DNA of 63,699 nt, counting the filler, from Candidatus Fermentibacterota bacterium (GTDB lineage Bacteria > JAFGKV01), in the NCBI GenBank assembly GCA_016928395.1. It is 9 parts of 9 records of this genome, joined end to end, with 100 filler letters (N's around TTAATTAATTAA, not from the genome) between each part and the next. Parts side by side here need not be neighbours in the genome. Positions count along the whole stretch, not along the records: positions 7,008 to 35,520 come from JAFGKV010000254.1; 8 more parts are not named here. One strand, given 5' to 3'. The translations under genes were made by a program, and so were the position numbers. The number at the start of each line of letters is the position of its first letter. Position 1 is the stretch's first letter. A model generated the notes under the pieces. It made no database searches. It was not told where the DNA came from and saw nothing but the letters and a program-made list of their open reading frames with translations. Below are positions 19,659 to 29,544 of the stretch, piece after piece.

Positions 19659-20588
19659 TCAGAATCTGCGCGACACCATCATCCCCACTCCCCGGGGACA
19701 GACGGCCAGGACGGGAGACCAGGTCTTCGCCGAGGACGGCCCCGCGGACCACTGCTCGGATGAACCAAAGTCATGATTGAACCAGTAGTGTATGGTCAGC
19801 GCTAGGCCTCCCGCGGCAAGGACCGCCACGGCGTTGCGGGCCAGGAGATAATCACTGGACTTGTTGTAGAGACGGGTGATTTCGTATTGGCCGATGGCAC
19901 GGAGATACTCATCCCACGTGTCGGAGGCGCGCGAGTCGTAGTGATAGGTCAGGTAGCCCAGGGCGATGGTTGCACCGATGGCCGCCCATGGTCGCACATG
20001 GAGAAGTGGCGAAGAGCCTTTCCCCGTTCTGGCGACTGTAGGAGCCCGCTGCGGCGCAGACCCTACCGGTGTAATACCTGCTATCTGTCCCTGCACGACG
20101 CGGGCCGTCTCCATGCCCGCCTGGTCGGAGGTGATGTCGAAATTGGTCTCGATCTGTTCTATTGTGTGCACCGTCTTTGCCACGCAGTTGACGATGTATG
20201 TCTTAATGTTGACGATGTCCCCAGTACGGGTGAACGAGCCGAAGACCACTTTTTCTGCATTCACGCTCTCGCCCAACCGGAACGCCTGGCGCTCATTCGT
20301 CAGATACCCGAGCTCCGGAGCCAGCGTGTCCAGTACCGCGGATACTTCTTCCTGAGACACGATGAGGATCCGCCCTGTGGAGATGAGACGGGATGCAATT
20401 GCCTGCCGTATGATGCGCTGGAACGCATCCAGCGAGTCAATCTCGGTTCTGTTGCGGAAGTCAAGGACCGCAACTCTCGGCAGCTCATGTTGTTCCGGAG
20501 CGAGAAGCTCATCCTGTGCCAGGGATTGGGCGACGCCCGCGGTGACGAGCGCCGTCACGATCCAGAGAGTCAATCTCACCTTGCTCAC
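19659..20588 (-). CDS. Secreted CsgG/FlgO/TolB-N-like protein with C-terminal hydrophobic hairpin
   Basis: RVAVLDFRN...LGESVNAEKVVFGSF N-terminal domain and two C-terminal hydrophobic segments. Start re-called at GTG 20588. Confidence 0.6.
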   Translation of the reverse strand: MSKVRLTLWIVTALVTAGVAQSLAQDELLAPEQHELPRVAVLDFRNRTEIDSLDAFQRIIRQAIASRLISTGRILIVSQEEVSAVLDTLAPELGYLTNERQAFRLGESVNAEKVVFGSFTRTGDIVNIKTYIVNCVAKTVHTIEQIETNFDITSDQAGMETARVVQGQIAGITPVGSAPQRAPTVARTGKGSSPLLHVRPWAAIGATIALGYLTYHYDSRASDTWDEYLRAIGQYEITRLYNKSSDYLLARNAVAVLAAGGLALTIHYWFNHDFGSSEQWSAGPSSAKTWSPVLAVCPRGVGMMVSRRF

Positions 20589-21047
20589 CTCTAGAGTTCG
20601 ATGTGTACGCCGCCCATCCAACCTGTTGGCCTCATGCCGAAAGGGAAACTTCCTGCCCAGGTCTGCCGCTATCACATACACCTCGTTCCGCGGCTTCGTT
20701 TCCCAGCTTCCCACCCGGCCTGCCCTTGCGTGGAAGAGCTTGGTGCCCAACGCGAGCCAGAGGGAATGCTGATCTGCCCAGGCCTGAAGGGTAGAGGCGC
20801 CTATCCATGCCCGGAACATCGGGCGACTCCGAGGCGCATACCGTGGAGGAATGGGAGCTAGAGTTTGAGAAGAAACCTGAGCCCAAATTGCGGGTGCAGC
20901 AGCTTCGTGGCAAGTCCCGTGCACACACGCGTCCTCAAAGCGAGGGCTGCGTCCCGCCCCAAAGATGCCACGCCGCCAGCCTGGTCCATCGTTGCGGAGT
21001 GGCGCCCTGCGCCATACGTTTCGCGGTCTCCATTACAAGGATCAACA

Positions 21048-21395
21048 ATGGGATCGGATATTCAAAGACAGATACCCCGGGCCGAGCGGTTTGACACTCG
21101 GGCTCGGGAGTTGGTGTTGGAGGCCTTGGAGCGCGTGGCGCCGCCACGGACGCATGTTTCGGGGTCCACGGTCGTCAAGAAAGTGTGCGCCTTGGCCCAG
21201 GAGCGTTTCGGTATCGCGGCCCGTCTGGTCTTGGAGTACTGGGGAATTCGATCTACGCGCGACATCGGGCTTCTGGTCTTCGACATGGTCGAAGAGGGAG
21301 TCATCGGCGTTTCGCCCGAGGACTCCATAGATGACTTTTCCGAAGTGGTTGATCTTCATGAAGCCTTGGAAGTCGACTATCCGTGGGGAGGATAG
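21048..21395 (+). CDS. Minf_1886 family conserved protein
   Basis: HVSG...ERFG..ARLVLEYWGIRSTRDIGLLVFDMVE...DSIDDF motif. Confidence 0.75.
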   Translation: MGSDIQRQIPRAERFDTRARELVLEALERVAPPRTHVSGSTVVKKVCALAQERFGIAARLVLEYWGIRSTRDIGLLVFDMVEEGVIGVSPEDSIDDFSEVVDLHEALEVDYPWGG

Positions 21396-21462
21396 GCCGC
21401 GGGCGCCACGGAACATCGGTCGACCGTGATGCGCTCGTTCTCTGACACCGAAGGAGGCACGC

Positions 21463-21912
21463 ATGGATGAAGCCCCCGATGTTCACCCGGAATCGGCTGC
21501 CGCGGAACTCCTTCGGTGGCGGGTGCACCCGGCCGCCAGACACCCCCGCAAGGCCACGCTGGTCGTCATCATTATTCTCTCGTTGGCGCTGGCCAGCGCC
21601 CTCTACGCCGGGGTGGCGCTGGGAGTCATGGCCTGTGTGCTTCTCACGGCAAGCCTCTGGCCTTTCTTCGTTCCGACCGACTACCTCATCACGGCCTGGG
21701 GCATCGAGCAGATTCGCTGGCCAACCAGGCAGCGGCGGGCATGGTCGACATTCCGACGGTTCCAGGTTGATCGGCGTGGAGTTCTGTTGAGCCCCTTCCC
21801 TCAGTCGTCGCGGTTGGATCCCTTCCGGGGCATGTACGTTCTCACCAGTCCGGATGTCGATGTTGAGGCGATGATTCGTTCGCTTATAGCCACGCCCCAG
21901 GAGTCTGAGTGA
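21463..21912 (+). CDS. Hypothetical membrane protein
   Basis: AAGGAGG RBS, two hydrophobic segments, and a GVLLSPF...RLDPFRG C-terminal motif. Coupled to miaA. Confidence 0.65.
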   Translation: MDEAPDVHPESAAAELLRWRVHPAARHPRKATLVVIIILSLALASALYAGVALGVMACVLLTASLWPFFVPTDYLITAWGIEQIRWPTRQRRAWSTFRRFQVDRRGVLLSPFPQSSRLDPFRGMYVLTSPDVDVEAMIRSLIATPQESE

Positions 21913-22832
21913 CGGTCGAGATCTGGGCACTTCTTGGACCGACGGGTGTAGGGAAGACAGACGTGGCTGTTTCCTTGGCGGATCGTGTTCCCCTGGAAGT
22001 CGTCGGCCTTGACAGGGGGCAGCTCTACATCGGTATGGATATCGGCACGGCCACGCCTTCCGCGGCACAGCAAGCCATGGTGCCGCATCATATGCTGAAT
22101 CTTATCACGCCTGATATCCGGTGGGATGCCATGACCTATGCCCGGGCCGCGCGCACGATTATCGAGGAGATTCACGCCCGGGGTCGGCACCCGATGGTCG
22201 TGGGAGGAACAGGGTTCTACTTCAGCGCATTGTCGGGCCAACTCAGCAAAAATCTGCCGCCCAGGGATGAGGCGTTACGCGAGTCCCTGCGTGCCAAAGC
22301 GCGGGTCATCGGGTCCGGTGGTCTGTGGGAGGAGCTGTGCGCCCGTGATCTAGCCACGGCAACGAGATTGCACCCCAATGATTTGTCCCGCATCATCCGG
22401 GCATTGGAGATTGTGACTCTTACTGGCAAGCCCATGGCGGAGCACACGGCCGCGGCCCCGCCGACGCCGTGGGGGCGGTGGCGTATCGTGGTGCTGACCA
22501 TGGAGCGTGAGCGTCTGAAGGCGGCGATCCGTCGCCGCGTAGAGGCCATGATCCGGGCGGGATGGGCCGACGAGGTGCGGGGCCTTCTAGAGACAGGGTT
22601 CGGGCCCGAAAGCCCCGGCATGGCGAATCTGGGCTACCGTGAGATGATCGATCACGTCAGGGGAGCGCTCCCTTTGGATGAGGCGGCACAACGTATCGTG
22701 TTGCGTACCTGGCAGTATGCGAGGCGGCAGCTCACCTGGTTCCGTCGCGTTCCCGCGGACCGGTGGGTCACGACCGGCGATGTCGTCGATGCCACGGCGC
22801 GTGTCTGGCGGCTATTGACTAAAGAGGCGTGA
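21909..22832 (+). CDS. miaA: tRNA dimethylallyltransferase
   Basis: GPTGVGKT, QLYIGMDIGTA, VPHH, VGGTGFY, RIIRALE and YARRQLTWFR. Confidence 0.95.
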   Translation: MTVEIWALLGPTGVGKTDVAVSLADRVPLEVVGLDRGQLYIGMDIGTATPSAAQQAMVPHHMLNLITPDIRWDAMTYARAARTIIEEIHARGRHPMVVGGTGFYFSALSGQLSKNLPPRDEALRESLRAKARVIGSGGLWEELCARDLATATRLHPNDLSRIIRALEIVTLTGKPMAEHTAAAPPTPWGRWRIVVLTMERERLKAAIRRRVEAMIRAGWADEVRGLLETGFGPESPGMANLGYREMIDHVRGALPLDEAAQRIVLRTWQYARRQLTWFRRVPADRWVTTGDVVDATARVWRLLTKEA

Positions 22833-24544
22833 TGCGGCGGTATTTCCCCGCGGGCGTGGCCCTGCTTGCCCTGGCCGCGAACGGGGCCGTGGCGGCGTGG
22901 ACTGAGCGGCCAAGTCTCGGGGCCTCCTTGCGCCTGTTCCGCAGCGATCGTGAGCTGAAGCTTTCGGGGGCCGGCGCATACTCCCTGACAATGCCGTGGC
23001 TCCCGTCTCTTCGTTGGGAGAGCAGTGGCCGGATGACCAGAGTGGGGGCGCTCAATCGTGACAAACGGGACTCCTCGATGAGGGCAAGCCTCGACGTCGC
23101 CCCGTGGGATGGTCTCTCCCTCCGGCTTTCCACCAGTGGATGGCGTCGGAGGGATGAGGGGAGCCAGCTTCTGGAACGGGCCACGGGGGCCGCGGCCGAA
23201 GGCCGAATGGTGCTGGATCTACCCGCGGGCTTAACCTTTGCCCAAGGGGTTGCCGCCATTCGAGACCGCGTTGCGTCCGCCGGTCTTTCCGGGGGCGATA
23301 CCGACAATGGCGGCGAACGAGCCGACACTGAGATTGGTTTTTCCCGGCGATGTGGCGATCGATCAGTCGCGGTACAATGGCGGCGCGCGGTCAAGAGGCT
23401 CAGGCTGGATGGCCTTGATGAACGAGGGGCGACTCTCAGGCTGGATGGTGGGCTTGGGCAGGCGGATGTGGAGGGGTTTTCCAACAGGAGGCGCTACGTC
23501 ACCGGCTCAACACAGGAGCGCCGCACCGACCGAGGCGGCTCCCTCCGGATGGCGGGAGCGGTGGGAGATGGGTTTTCATGGGAATACCGAGGTTCCACAT
23601 CGAGCACCGAGTATCTGGAGGGGACAAATCAGGACTTTGCCACAGGCTCGCATGCACTGCGGATTCAGATCCAGACTCGTCTGGGCTCCGTGGCCCCATT
23701 CATCAGGATGAACCTTCGGCACCGGTCATATGACGAACACGCCCGCACGATCTACGATCGAGAGGATGTAGGACGGGCCGTTGAGGCGGGCGTCCAGGCC
23801 GCTGGTCTGGACTCGGTGATGACTGCCCGGTTGACACACCAGGTATCGCTGGACAGAAACACCTATCTTGATGTGACCAACTTCAGTGACCACGATATCC
23901 GTGATCAACGAATCGCCGCGGATCTTGCCTGGCAGCCCGGTCCGTGGTCCTGGAAGCTCACTCTGTCTCGAAGGCGGAACGATTTGGTGTACATCGATGC
24001 GGAACGTTCGGCCAACACTGTCAAGAATCTGGAGTATTCCGTATCGTTGGCCTATGGCCTTCAATTGCCCCTGCTTCGATGGTCGCAGAGCTGCCTCATT
24101 TCGGCCCGGTATGCCGACTATCGTTTCAAGCCGGATTCGGATGCCCTCAGCAGGCGAGGTGTGGTGGAGAGTAGGCTGGGCACTCAGCGAGGCATGTACG
24201 AGTTTGAGGTGTACCAGAAGTGGCTCTGGGATGACAACGGCCCCTTCCGTGACGAGCGATTTGCCCGGCTTGAGCTGATCGACGATCTCGAACTAGGGGC
24301 TCGGATGGGTGCAACGTGGGGGCGCTGGAGAACGGCGCCCAGTGTGCGCCAGCGCTGGCGGTTCCTCTACGGCCCACAAGGGCGTCAAGGTGGGTTGTCC
24401 AGGTCGGCACAGCGCGAACGCCGCGTTGGCATCGATTTGCACATGCCCGTGGGATCACGTGGCGTGACGGTGGCGGCAACCCGGGTCACCACCGGAGGCG
24501 CCGGGTACTGGGAAGCCTCTGCCGAGGTGGGGTATGGGCTGTAG
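22829..24544 (+). CDS. Hypothetical secreted / probable outer-membrane beta-barrel protein
   Basis: Signal peptide, alternating amphipathic strands, and a terminal YWEASAEVGYGL. Confidence 0.55.
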   Translation: MMRRYFPAGVALLALAANGAVAAWTERPSLGASLRLFRSDRELKLSGAGAYSLTMPWLPSLRWESSGRMTRVGALNRDKRDSSMRASLDVAPWDGLSLRLSTSGWRRRDEGSQLLERATGAAAEGRMVLDLPAGLTFAQGVAAIRDRVASAGLSGGDTDNGGERADTEIGFSRRCGDRSVAVQWRRAVKRLRLDGLDERGATLRLDGGLGQADVEGFSNRRRYVTGSTQERRTDRGGSLRMAGAVGDGFSWEYRGSTSSTEYLEGTNQDFATGSHALRIQIQTRLGSVAPFIRMNLRHRSYDEHARTIYDREDVGRAVEAGVQAAGLDSVMTARLTHQVSLDRNTYLDVTNFSDHDIRDQRIAADLAWQPGPWSWKLTLSRRRNDLVYIDAERSANTVKNLEYSVSLAYGLQLPLLRWSQSCLISARYADYRFKPDSDALSRRGVVESRLGTQRGMYEFEVYQKWLWDDNGPFRDERFARLELIDDLELGARMGATWGRWRTAPSVRQRWRFLYGPQGRQGGLSRSAQRERRVGIDLHMPVGSRGVTVAATRVTTGGAGYWEASAEVGYGL

Positions 24545-25118
24545 ATCCTTTTTCTTTGCCGCCGTACTGGCCATGGCCTGCGGTTGGTTTGACGCGAGGA
24601 CTCCGTCGGAGCCCTCGGAAAACAATGTGCCATGGCGCCAGCCAACGCAAGCTCGGTATGTGGTCGAAAACCTGATCACTACGCTTGAAGGCCTGGACCT
24701 GACTCTCTATGGGAGGTGTTTCGATACCCAGGCCTTTTGGTTTGACGCGGATCCCGCCTTGGTTCAGCTTGACCCCGCGCGATACGAGAACTGGACCTGG
24801 AGTGTGGAGGAGGCAGGAACGCGCAGGTTGTTCCAGACGGTGGAGCAGTACTGGGGGGGTGCCGATTCAGCCATCGTGGTATCGCTCGGCCAGGAGGAAT
24901 GGATGCTGAATGAAGCCGACTCGGCCATGGTGCAATTCGACTATGCCTTCACGGCCCACCACGGGAGAGCCGGAGTTGACAGCGTGGCATCGGGCACTCT
25001 TCGCTGGTCGTTTCATCGCGCCGAAGTGGACCGCCTGTGGTATCTGGCCGCATGGTGGGACTTCGCCGTGGAGGGGCAGCCGTCGTGGAGCGCGATCAAG
25101 GGTGCGTTTCGGGAATAA
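24534..25118 (+). CDS. Hypothetical lipoprotein
   Basis: LAMAC lipobox followed by GWFDARTPSEP. Overlaps the upstream stop. Confidence 0.65.
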   Translation: MGCRSFFFAAVLAMACGWFDARTPSEPSENNVPWRQPTQARYVVENLITTLEGLDLTLYGRCFDTQAFWFDADPALVQLDPARYENWTWSVEEAGTRRLFQTVEQYWGGADSAIVVSLGQEEWMLNEADSAMVQFDYAFTAHHGRAGVDSVASGTLRWSFHRAEVDRLWYLAAWWDFAVEGQPSWSAIKGAFRE

Positions 25119-25635
25119 GGAAAGCTGTTCAGGAACAAGGATTCAGCTTTCAGTCGGGCATCGGTCCCGCCGCGCTGTGCGGTTCTCAGTTCTCAGTGGG
25201 ACTTCTGGGCGCGGAGCCACCCAGGGTTTCCAGGGTTGAGAGCACGCCGGGGGTGTGGTTCGGGGCCGGTATCGGTTTCGTTGTCGTAATCGTGGTCGTG
25301 GTTGACGAGCGGGGCAATCGAGCATGAGTTCGCGTCCGTATATGAGCACGAGCCATGCATGTACTCTCAAGCAGGTTGCTGGTTCTCAGTCACGCCGGGA
25401 GTGCCGGCTGACAAGGGCTCGGGGTCGCCATTGATATCGCTCTCGACACCCGGCCTGTTGACTGAACTACGGCGGCGATTGCGAAGAGAGGCAAAGCGGT
25501 GTACTCTAAGAACAAGGCCACGTCGCCTTCTCCCTCGATGGGAGCAGGCGAAGATGAGGGTGACATGGCCGGAGCGCGACGCCTGCAACCCGTGAGCAAC
25601 CGTGAACTGTGACCTGCGAGTGAAGTGAGCAGCCC

Positions 25636-26475
25636 ATGAGATACAGCGTTGCTATCCCTGCCTTTGACGCCGCCGATACTCTGCCTGCGGTTCTTCGCGG
25701 GGTCCGATCTCTTCATTGGAAGCCCAGCGAGGTCGTCGTCGTGGACGATGGCTCCCGAGATGCCACCGCAGAGGTCGCCGAAGCAGCCGGCGCCCGCGTG
25801 GTGCGCCACGGCAGCCGACGCGGATTGGCCGGCGCGAGGAACACCGCCCTGGCGGAAATCGCCGATCCCTTTGTGCTATGGTTTGACGCCGATTTCGTGC
25901 CCGAGCCGCAGGTGCCTGAGGTGCTATGGGAAGGGTTTGACGGCGACGAGGTTGCGGCCGTGGGAGGCCGGGCCAGGGAGGTCGCGGGATCCCGCGCGGA
26001 TCTATGGCGGCGGGTGCACGCACCCCAGGATCACGGGGGAAGGCCCCGCGGGTCTGTCTGGATGGTGATGGGTTTGTGCGTCATGCACCGGGTCGATGCC
26101 TTGCGGGGTGTCGGCGGATTCGATGAACGCTTCCTCTCCTGCGCGGAGGATGTGGAAATGAGCCTCAGGTTGCGACGGTCAGGGTTTCGACTGGCGTACC
26201 GGCCTGCGGCCGTGGGCGAGCACCTGCGCCATGATGATAATGACCGCGTGGTCGCCCGCATGCAGGAGTATGTCAGGCAGACGAGCCTGGCGCTTATGCT
26301 GCACGGCACGCGGCCACGCCGCTGGTTTGCGCCCATCCTACTGAAGCAGCTCATTACACATCCCCTTGGCGATGTGATTCATGGGCGGTTCGATCTGATT
26401 CCGCTGGACCTGCGCGTGTGGCGGGCGCGATGTCGGGCTCTGCGGTCATTGGATTGGCCGAGTGACACGCCCTAA
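25636..26475 (+). CDS. Glycosyltransferase family 2
   Basis: SVAIPAFD, VVDDGSRD, ARNT, FDAD, GGFDERF and EDVE. Confidence 0.9.
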   Translation: MRYSVAIPAFDAADTLPAVLRGVRSLHWKPSEVVVVDDGSRDATAEVAEAAGARVVRHGSRRGLAGARNTALAEIADPFVLWFDADFVPEPQVPEVLWEGFDGDEVAAVGGRAREVAGSRADLWRRVHAPQDHGGRPRGSVWMVMGLCVMHRVDALRGVGGFDERFLSCAEDVEMSLRLRRSGFRLAYRPAAVGEHLRHDDNDRVVARMQEYVRQTSLALMLHGTRPRRWFAPILLKQLITHPLGDVIHGRFDLIPLDLRVWRARCRALRSLDWPSDTP

Positions 26476-26511
26476 GCGGCCTTCGTCGTCGAGGCATGGG
26501 AGGCATGCATC

Positions 26512-27360
26512 GTGTCGCCCTGTCTGAGCGTCGTGATCCCCACGCGTGACCGGTGCGGCATACTGAAAGGTGTGTTGGCGGAGTATCTGGCTCAGGCCGG
26601 GCAGGTGTGCGCCGAAGTCATAGTTGTCGATGACGGATCATCAGACGGCACTCGCGACCTGCTCGACGGCATTTCAAACACCGGAATCGCGCTCCGCTGG
26701 GTTTCCTGCCCGGCCGCGGGGCCGGCGGCCGCACGCAATCGCGGGGTTGCCATGGCACGAGGCCCTCTCCTGCTCTTTACGGGCGACGACATGTTTCCCC
26801 AGCCTGGGCTGCTGGCGGGGCATGTGCGTGCCCACGGGACGCTGCGCCGGGCCGCGGTGCTCGGTCATGTGCGGTGGGACCCCGCCATGCGAGTGTCGCC
26901 GCTCATGCGCTGCATGGCGCCCAATGGGCCTCTGTTTAACTACCGCAAGCTCATGCGGAGCGAGACGGGCCGGTATCGATTCTTCTACACGGCGAATCTT
27001 TCCATGACAGCGGAAACCCTGGGCAAAGAGCGGTTCCATGAAGGCTTCAGGACCGCGGCCTTCGAGGACGCCGAGCTGGGATTCCGGCTTGAACGATCTG
27101 GTGTCCGCCTCGTGTATCGACGCGAGCTTGTCGTGCGCCATCGCCACGCCATGAGCGCCCGGGATATGGCGAGGAGGCTGCACACCTTGCGGCAAGGCCG
27201 TGAGTACCTGAGTACCCTGCATCCCGAGTTGAAGCCCAGCGTGATGACCCGGGTTGCAGGACGTGCGCTTCTGGCCGCGGTGAAGGCCTGGGCGCCGCTG
27301 GAATCCCTGCTGTCGTTGGAGCCTCGAGTGCCAAAGAGGTGGACAAACGGGCGGTTGTGA
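26512..27360 (+). CDS. Glycosyltransferase family 2
   Basis: SVVIPTRD, VVDDGSSD, ARNRG, FTGDD and FEDAELG. Confidence 0.9.
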   Translation: MSPCLSVVIPTRDRCGILKGVLAEYLAQAGQVCAEVIVVDDGSSDGTRDLLDGISNTGIALRWVSCPAAGPAAARNRGVAMARGPLLLFTGDDMFPQPGLLAGHVRAHGTLRRAAVLGHVRWDPAMRVSPLMRCMAPNGPLFNYRKLMRSETGRYRFFYTANLSMTAETLGKERFHEGFRTAAFEDAELGFRLERSGVRLVYRRELVVRHRHAMSARDMARRLHTLRQGREYLSTLHPELKPSVMTRVAGRALLAAVKAWAPLESLLSLEPRVPKRWTNGRL

Positions 27361-27414
27361 TGCACATTGGTTCTTTCGCGTTGTACGTGGTTGTGTGCAT
27401 TGGGTGGAGGGCCC

Positions 27415-27774
27415 ATGGACGACCCTGCGGGCTCGGTTGAGCCTCGCCATTCAGATGTGTATGAAGCGCAAGGTATGGCTGACAGCCCCACCTGCGGTGA
27501 TGTGGTGCGCGTCGCTCTCACCATCGACGGCAGCATCATCGTGGGCACTGGCTACCGCGTGTACGGGTGCGGTTCCGCCATGGCGCGCACTGCGGAAGCG
27601 CTTAGTGCCGTGAAGGGCCGGACCGTAGAGGTGGCTCGCGAGTTGATCGAGGCGGCCATGGAACGTGAGGCCGGCCCGGGCAATGGGAACGGCGGATGCG
27701 CGGCCGCGGAGATGGCGGTGCTGGCGGCCCTCGACGAGTTCACCCTGCATCGGGCGGACGTTTCGGGGTCTTGA
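27415..27774 (+). CDS. NifU-N/IscU-like Fe-S scaffold protein
   Basis: SPTCGDVV, YGCGSA and a third Cys in GGCAAAE. Confidence 0.75.
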   Translation: MDDPAGSVEPRHSDVYEAQGMADSPTCGDVVRVALTIDGSIIVGTGYRVYGCGSAMARTAEALSAVKGRTVEVARELIEAAMEREAGPGNGNGGCAAAEMAVLAALDEFTLHRADVSGS

Positions 27775-27848
27775 CTGGAGATGGCCGGCGAGTACCTTGA
27801 ATGCTTCTTTAGGCTGAGCGGTTGACGCTTGTTCACGGGATGGTAGGT

Positions 27849-28055
27849 ATGGCAGCGCGCGCCCAGAAGCAGAACGGACAGTTTTCCATCGACAAATGGC
27901 CATTTCGCCGGAAGAACTATTTGGTGTTCGGGATTGGCCTTCTCAGCATCGCGCTGGGCTACGTGCTCCTCTCCAAGGGATCGATCACGGCGGCGCCGAT
28001 TCTCCTGGTGCTGGGTTACTGCGTGCTGATCCCCATCGCCATCATGCTGAAGTAG
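27849..28055 (+). CDS. Small membrane protein (DUF3098-like)
   Basis: PFRRKNY...GYVLL...APILLVLGY..IPIAI pattern. Confidence 0.65.
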   Translation: MAARAQKQNGQFSIDKWPFRRKNYLVFGIGLLSIALGYVLLSKGSITAAPILLVLGYCVLIPIAIMLK

Positions 28056-28056
28056 C

Positions 28057-28133
28057 GGGCGAATAGCTCAGCTGGTTAGAGCGCCTGCCTTACACGCAGG
28101 AGGTCACAGGTTCGATCCCTGTTTCGCCCACCA
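28057..28133 (+). tRNA. tRNA-Val(TAC)
   Basis: Cloverleaf with GGGCGAA/TTCGCCC acceptor stem, CCTGC-CTTACAC-GCAGG anticodon arm, GGTTCGATCCC T-arm and encoded CCA. Confidence 0.97.
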
Positions 28134-28159
28134 GGGCGATAGAAATCGCCTTCATGCAC

Positions 28160-28238
28160 GGGGCCGTAGTGCAGTTTGGTTTAACACGTCGGCCTGTCAA
28201 GCCGAAGATCGCGGGTTCAAATCCCGTCGGCCCCGCCA
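28160..28238 (+). tRNA. tRNA-Asp(GTC)
   Basis: GGGGCCG/CGGCCCC acceptor stem, TCGGC-CTGTCAA-GCCGA anticodon arm, GGTTCAAATCC T-arm and CCA. Confidence 0.97.
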
Positions 28239-28246
28239 GAGAGAAG

Positions 28247-28280
28247 AGCCGGAATCCTCCACCGAGGGTTCCGGCTTTTT
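28247..28280 (+). terminator. Rho-independent terminator after tRNA-Asp
   Basis: agccggaatcctc-cacc-gagggttccggct hairpin followed by a T-run. Confidence 0.85.
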
Positions 28281-28292
28281 GCATTGGAGCAT

Positions 28293-28323
28293 GTGGGTTG
28301 GATGAGCGCAGCGTAACCCGACA
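28293..28323. repeat. REP-like palindrome, copy 1 (others at 29481-29512, 30055-30092, 32819-32850)
   Basis: Consensus G(T)AGGTTGGGT(T/G)AGCG(A/C)A(T)GCGTAACCCAACA with an internal hairpin. Confidence 0.75.
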
Positions 28324-28552
28324 GATAGCGGGGACTTGTCCCCGCATTGTAGGAGCGCCGACAGGCGCGAACACCTCATGGAATGCTGGAAGACCTGATA
28401 TTCCAGCCATAGAATATTCTATAGGTAGAATATGCGATGAATGAGTCGCTCGCTGAGGAGTGAGGAGATAGGAGTGACAGCCGAGAGCCGGCTGCCGCGA
28501 TCCTTCTCCCCTGCCAAGGGGGAACGAGGGGTCACTTGGCCTCTTCTCTCGG

Positions 28553-28581
28553 TTGACGGGCGGCGCGTCTTCCCATATTCT
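28553..28581 (+). promoter_or_regulatory. Putative sigma70 promoter upstream of the TlpA-like gene
   Basis: TTGACG-17 nt-TATTCT. Confidence 0.4.
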
Positions 28582-28636
28582 GATTCGGATATGTACCCGA
28601 ATCGGACTCTTGCCGGATCCATCCCGGGGGATCAAG

Positions 28637-29170
28637 ATGCATCGATTCCGTGCCTTCGCCCTAGCCGCTGTGCTGATCTCCTCTTCGGGCCTTGCCCTCG
28701 ATGTGGGAGATCCCGCCCCGACCTTCGTGCTTCCCTCGCTGGGGGGCGACGACATCTTCCTCCGCGACTTCTGCGGGGAGAGGCTTCGCGATCCGTCCGC
28801 CACGCCTCGCGTGGTGATCCTGGACTTCTGGGCCACGTGGTGCGCCCCCTGCCGCAGGTCTTTGCCGGCCATCCGTGAAACCGTCGCGCGGTTCGATTCA
28901 ACCAAGGTCGTTCTGATCATCGTCAGCGAAGATGACGCCAAGACTCGATCCCGCGTCGCGGGAGCCCTCCTTCCTCTGGCAGGCAACGAGTACTGCGCCC
29001 TGGATACGTATCGCTGGGTGATGCAGAAGACCTACGGCCTCTCGGCCATCCCGAGGACGTTTGTGATCTCGCCCCGGGGCAAGATCGAGGCGATCCTGGC
29101 ATCGCATGAGGATCCGGCCGTGTTGTCGAATGAACTCTCGAAGGCCCTCGCACGTGTGCGTGCGGAGTGA
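28637..29170 (+). CDS. TlpA/redoxin family thiol-disulfide oxidoreductase (exported)
   Basis: Signal peptide, GDPAPTFVL, DFWATWCAPC and the cis-Pro motif IPRTFVI. Confidence 0.9.
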   Translation: MHRFRAFALAAVLISSSGLALDVGDPAPTFVLPSLGGDDIFLRDFCGERLRDPSATPRVVILDFWATWCAPCRRSLPAIRETVARFDSTKVVLIIVSEDDAKTRSRVAGALLPLAGNEYCALDTYRWVMQKTYGLSAIPRTFVISPRGKIEAILASHEDPAVLSNELSKALARVRAE

Positions 29171-29273
29171 GGAGTGACATCTGACGGCTTCCCCCTTCGT
29201 GAAGGGGGATCGAGGGGGATTTCCTGTCTCGCCACTCGCCACGTGCCCTGTCGTCGGTCGGAGAGTGGGGGCC

Positions 29274-29301
29274 TTGACGTTTGCACACATACGTGTAGAC
29301 T
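29274..29301 (+). promoter_or_regulatory. Putative hicAB promoter with palindromic operator
   Basis: TTGACG-16 nt-TAGACT with ACAC-N4-GTGT in the spacer. The ATG lies 6 nt after the -10 box. Confidence 0.5.
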
Positions 29302-29307
29302 TCCGCG

Positions 29308-29493
29308 ATGAAGCGCACTGAACTCGAGAGACGCCTGAGACATCTCGGGTGGAGGTTTCTTCGTCACGGTGGCAAGCATGACGTGTGGGCGAAAGGCGAT
29401 CGGGAGGTCATTGTGCCTCGACACAATGAGATCAACGAGTACACTGCCAAGGCCATTCTTAAGGAAGCCGGGGCAGACACGGAGGTTGGGTGA
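29308..29493 (+). CDS. hicA: HicA family toxin
   Basis: 61 aa with RHGGKHDVW...VPRHNEINEYTAKAIL. Confidence 0.9.
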   Translation: MKRTELERRLRHLGWRFLRHGGKHDVWAKGDREVIVPRHNEINEYTAKAILKEAGADTEVG

Positions 29494-29544
29494 GCGAATG
29501 CGTAACCCAACAAGGCTTCCGAGCCAGGATCGAGGAGTGGACGG

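Noticed and set aside
20589-21047. Structured ncRNA (RNase P RNA or riboswitch) in the long divergent intergenic region
   Set aside because: I could not find the conserved motifs by eye. An Rfam/Infernal scan would be needed.
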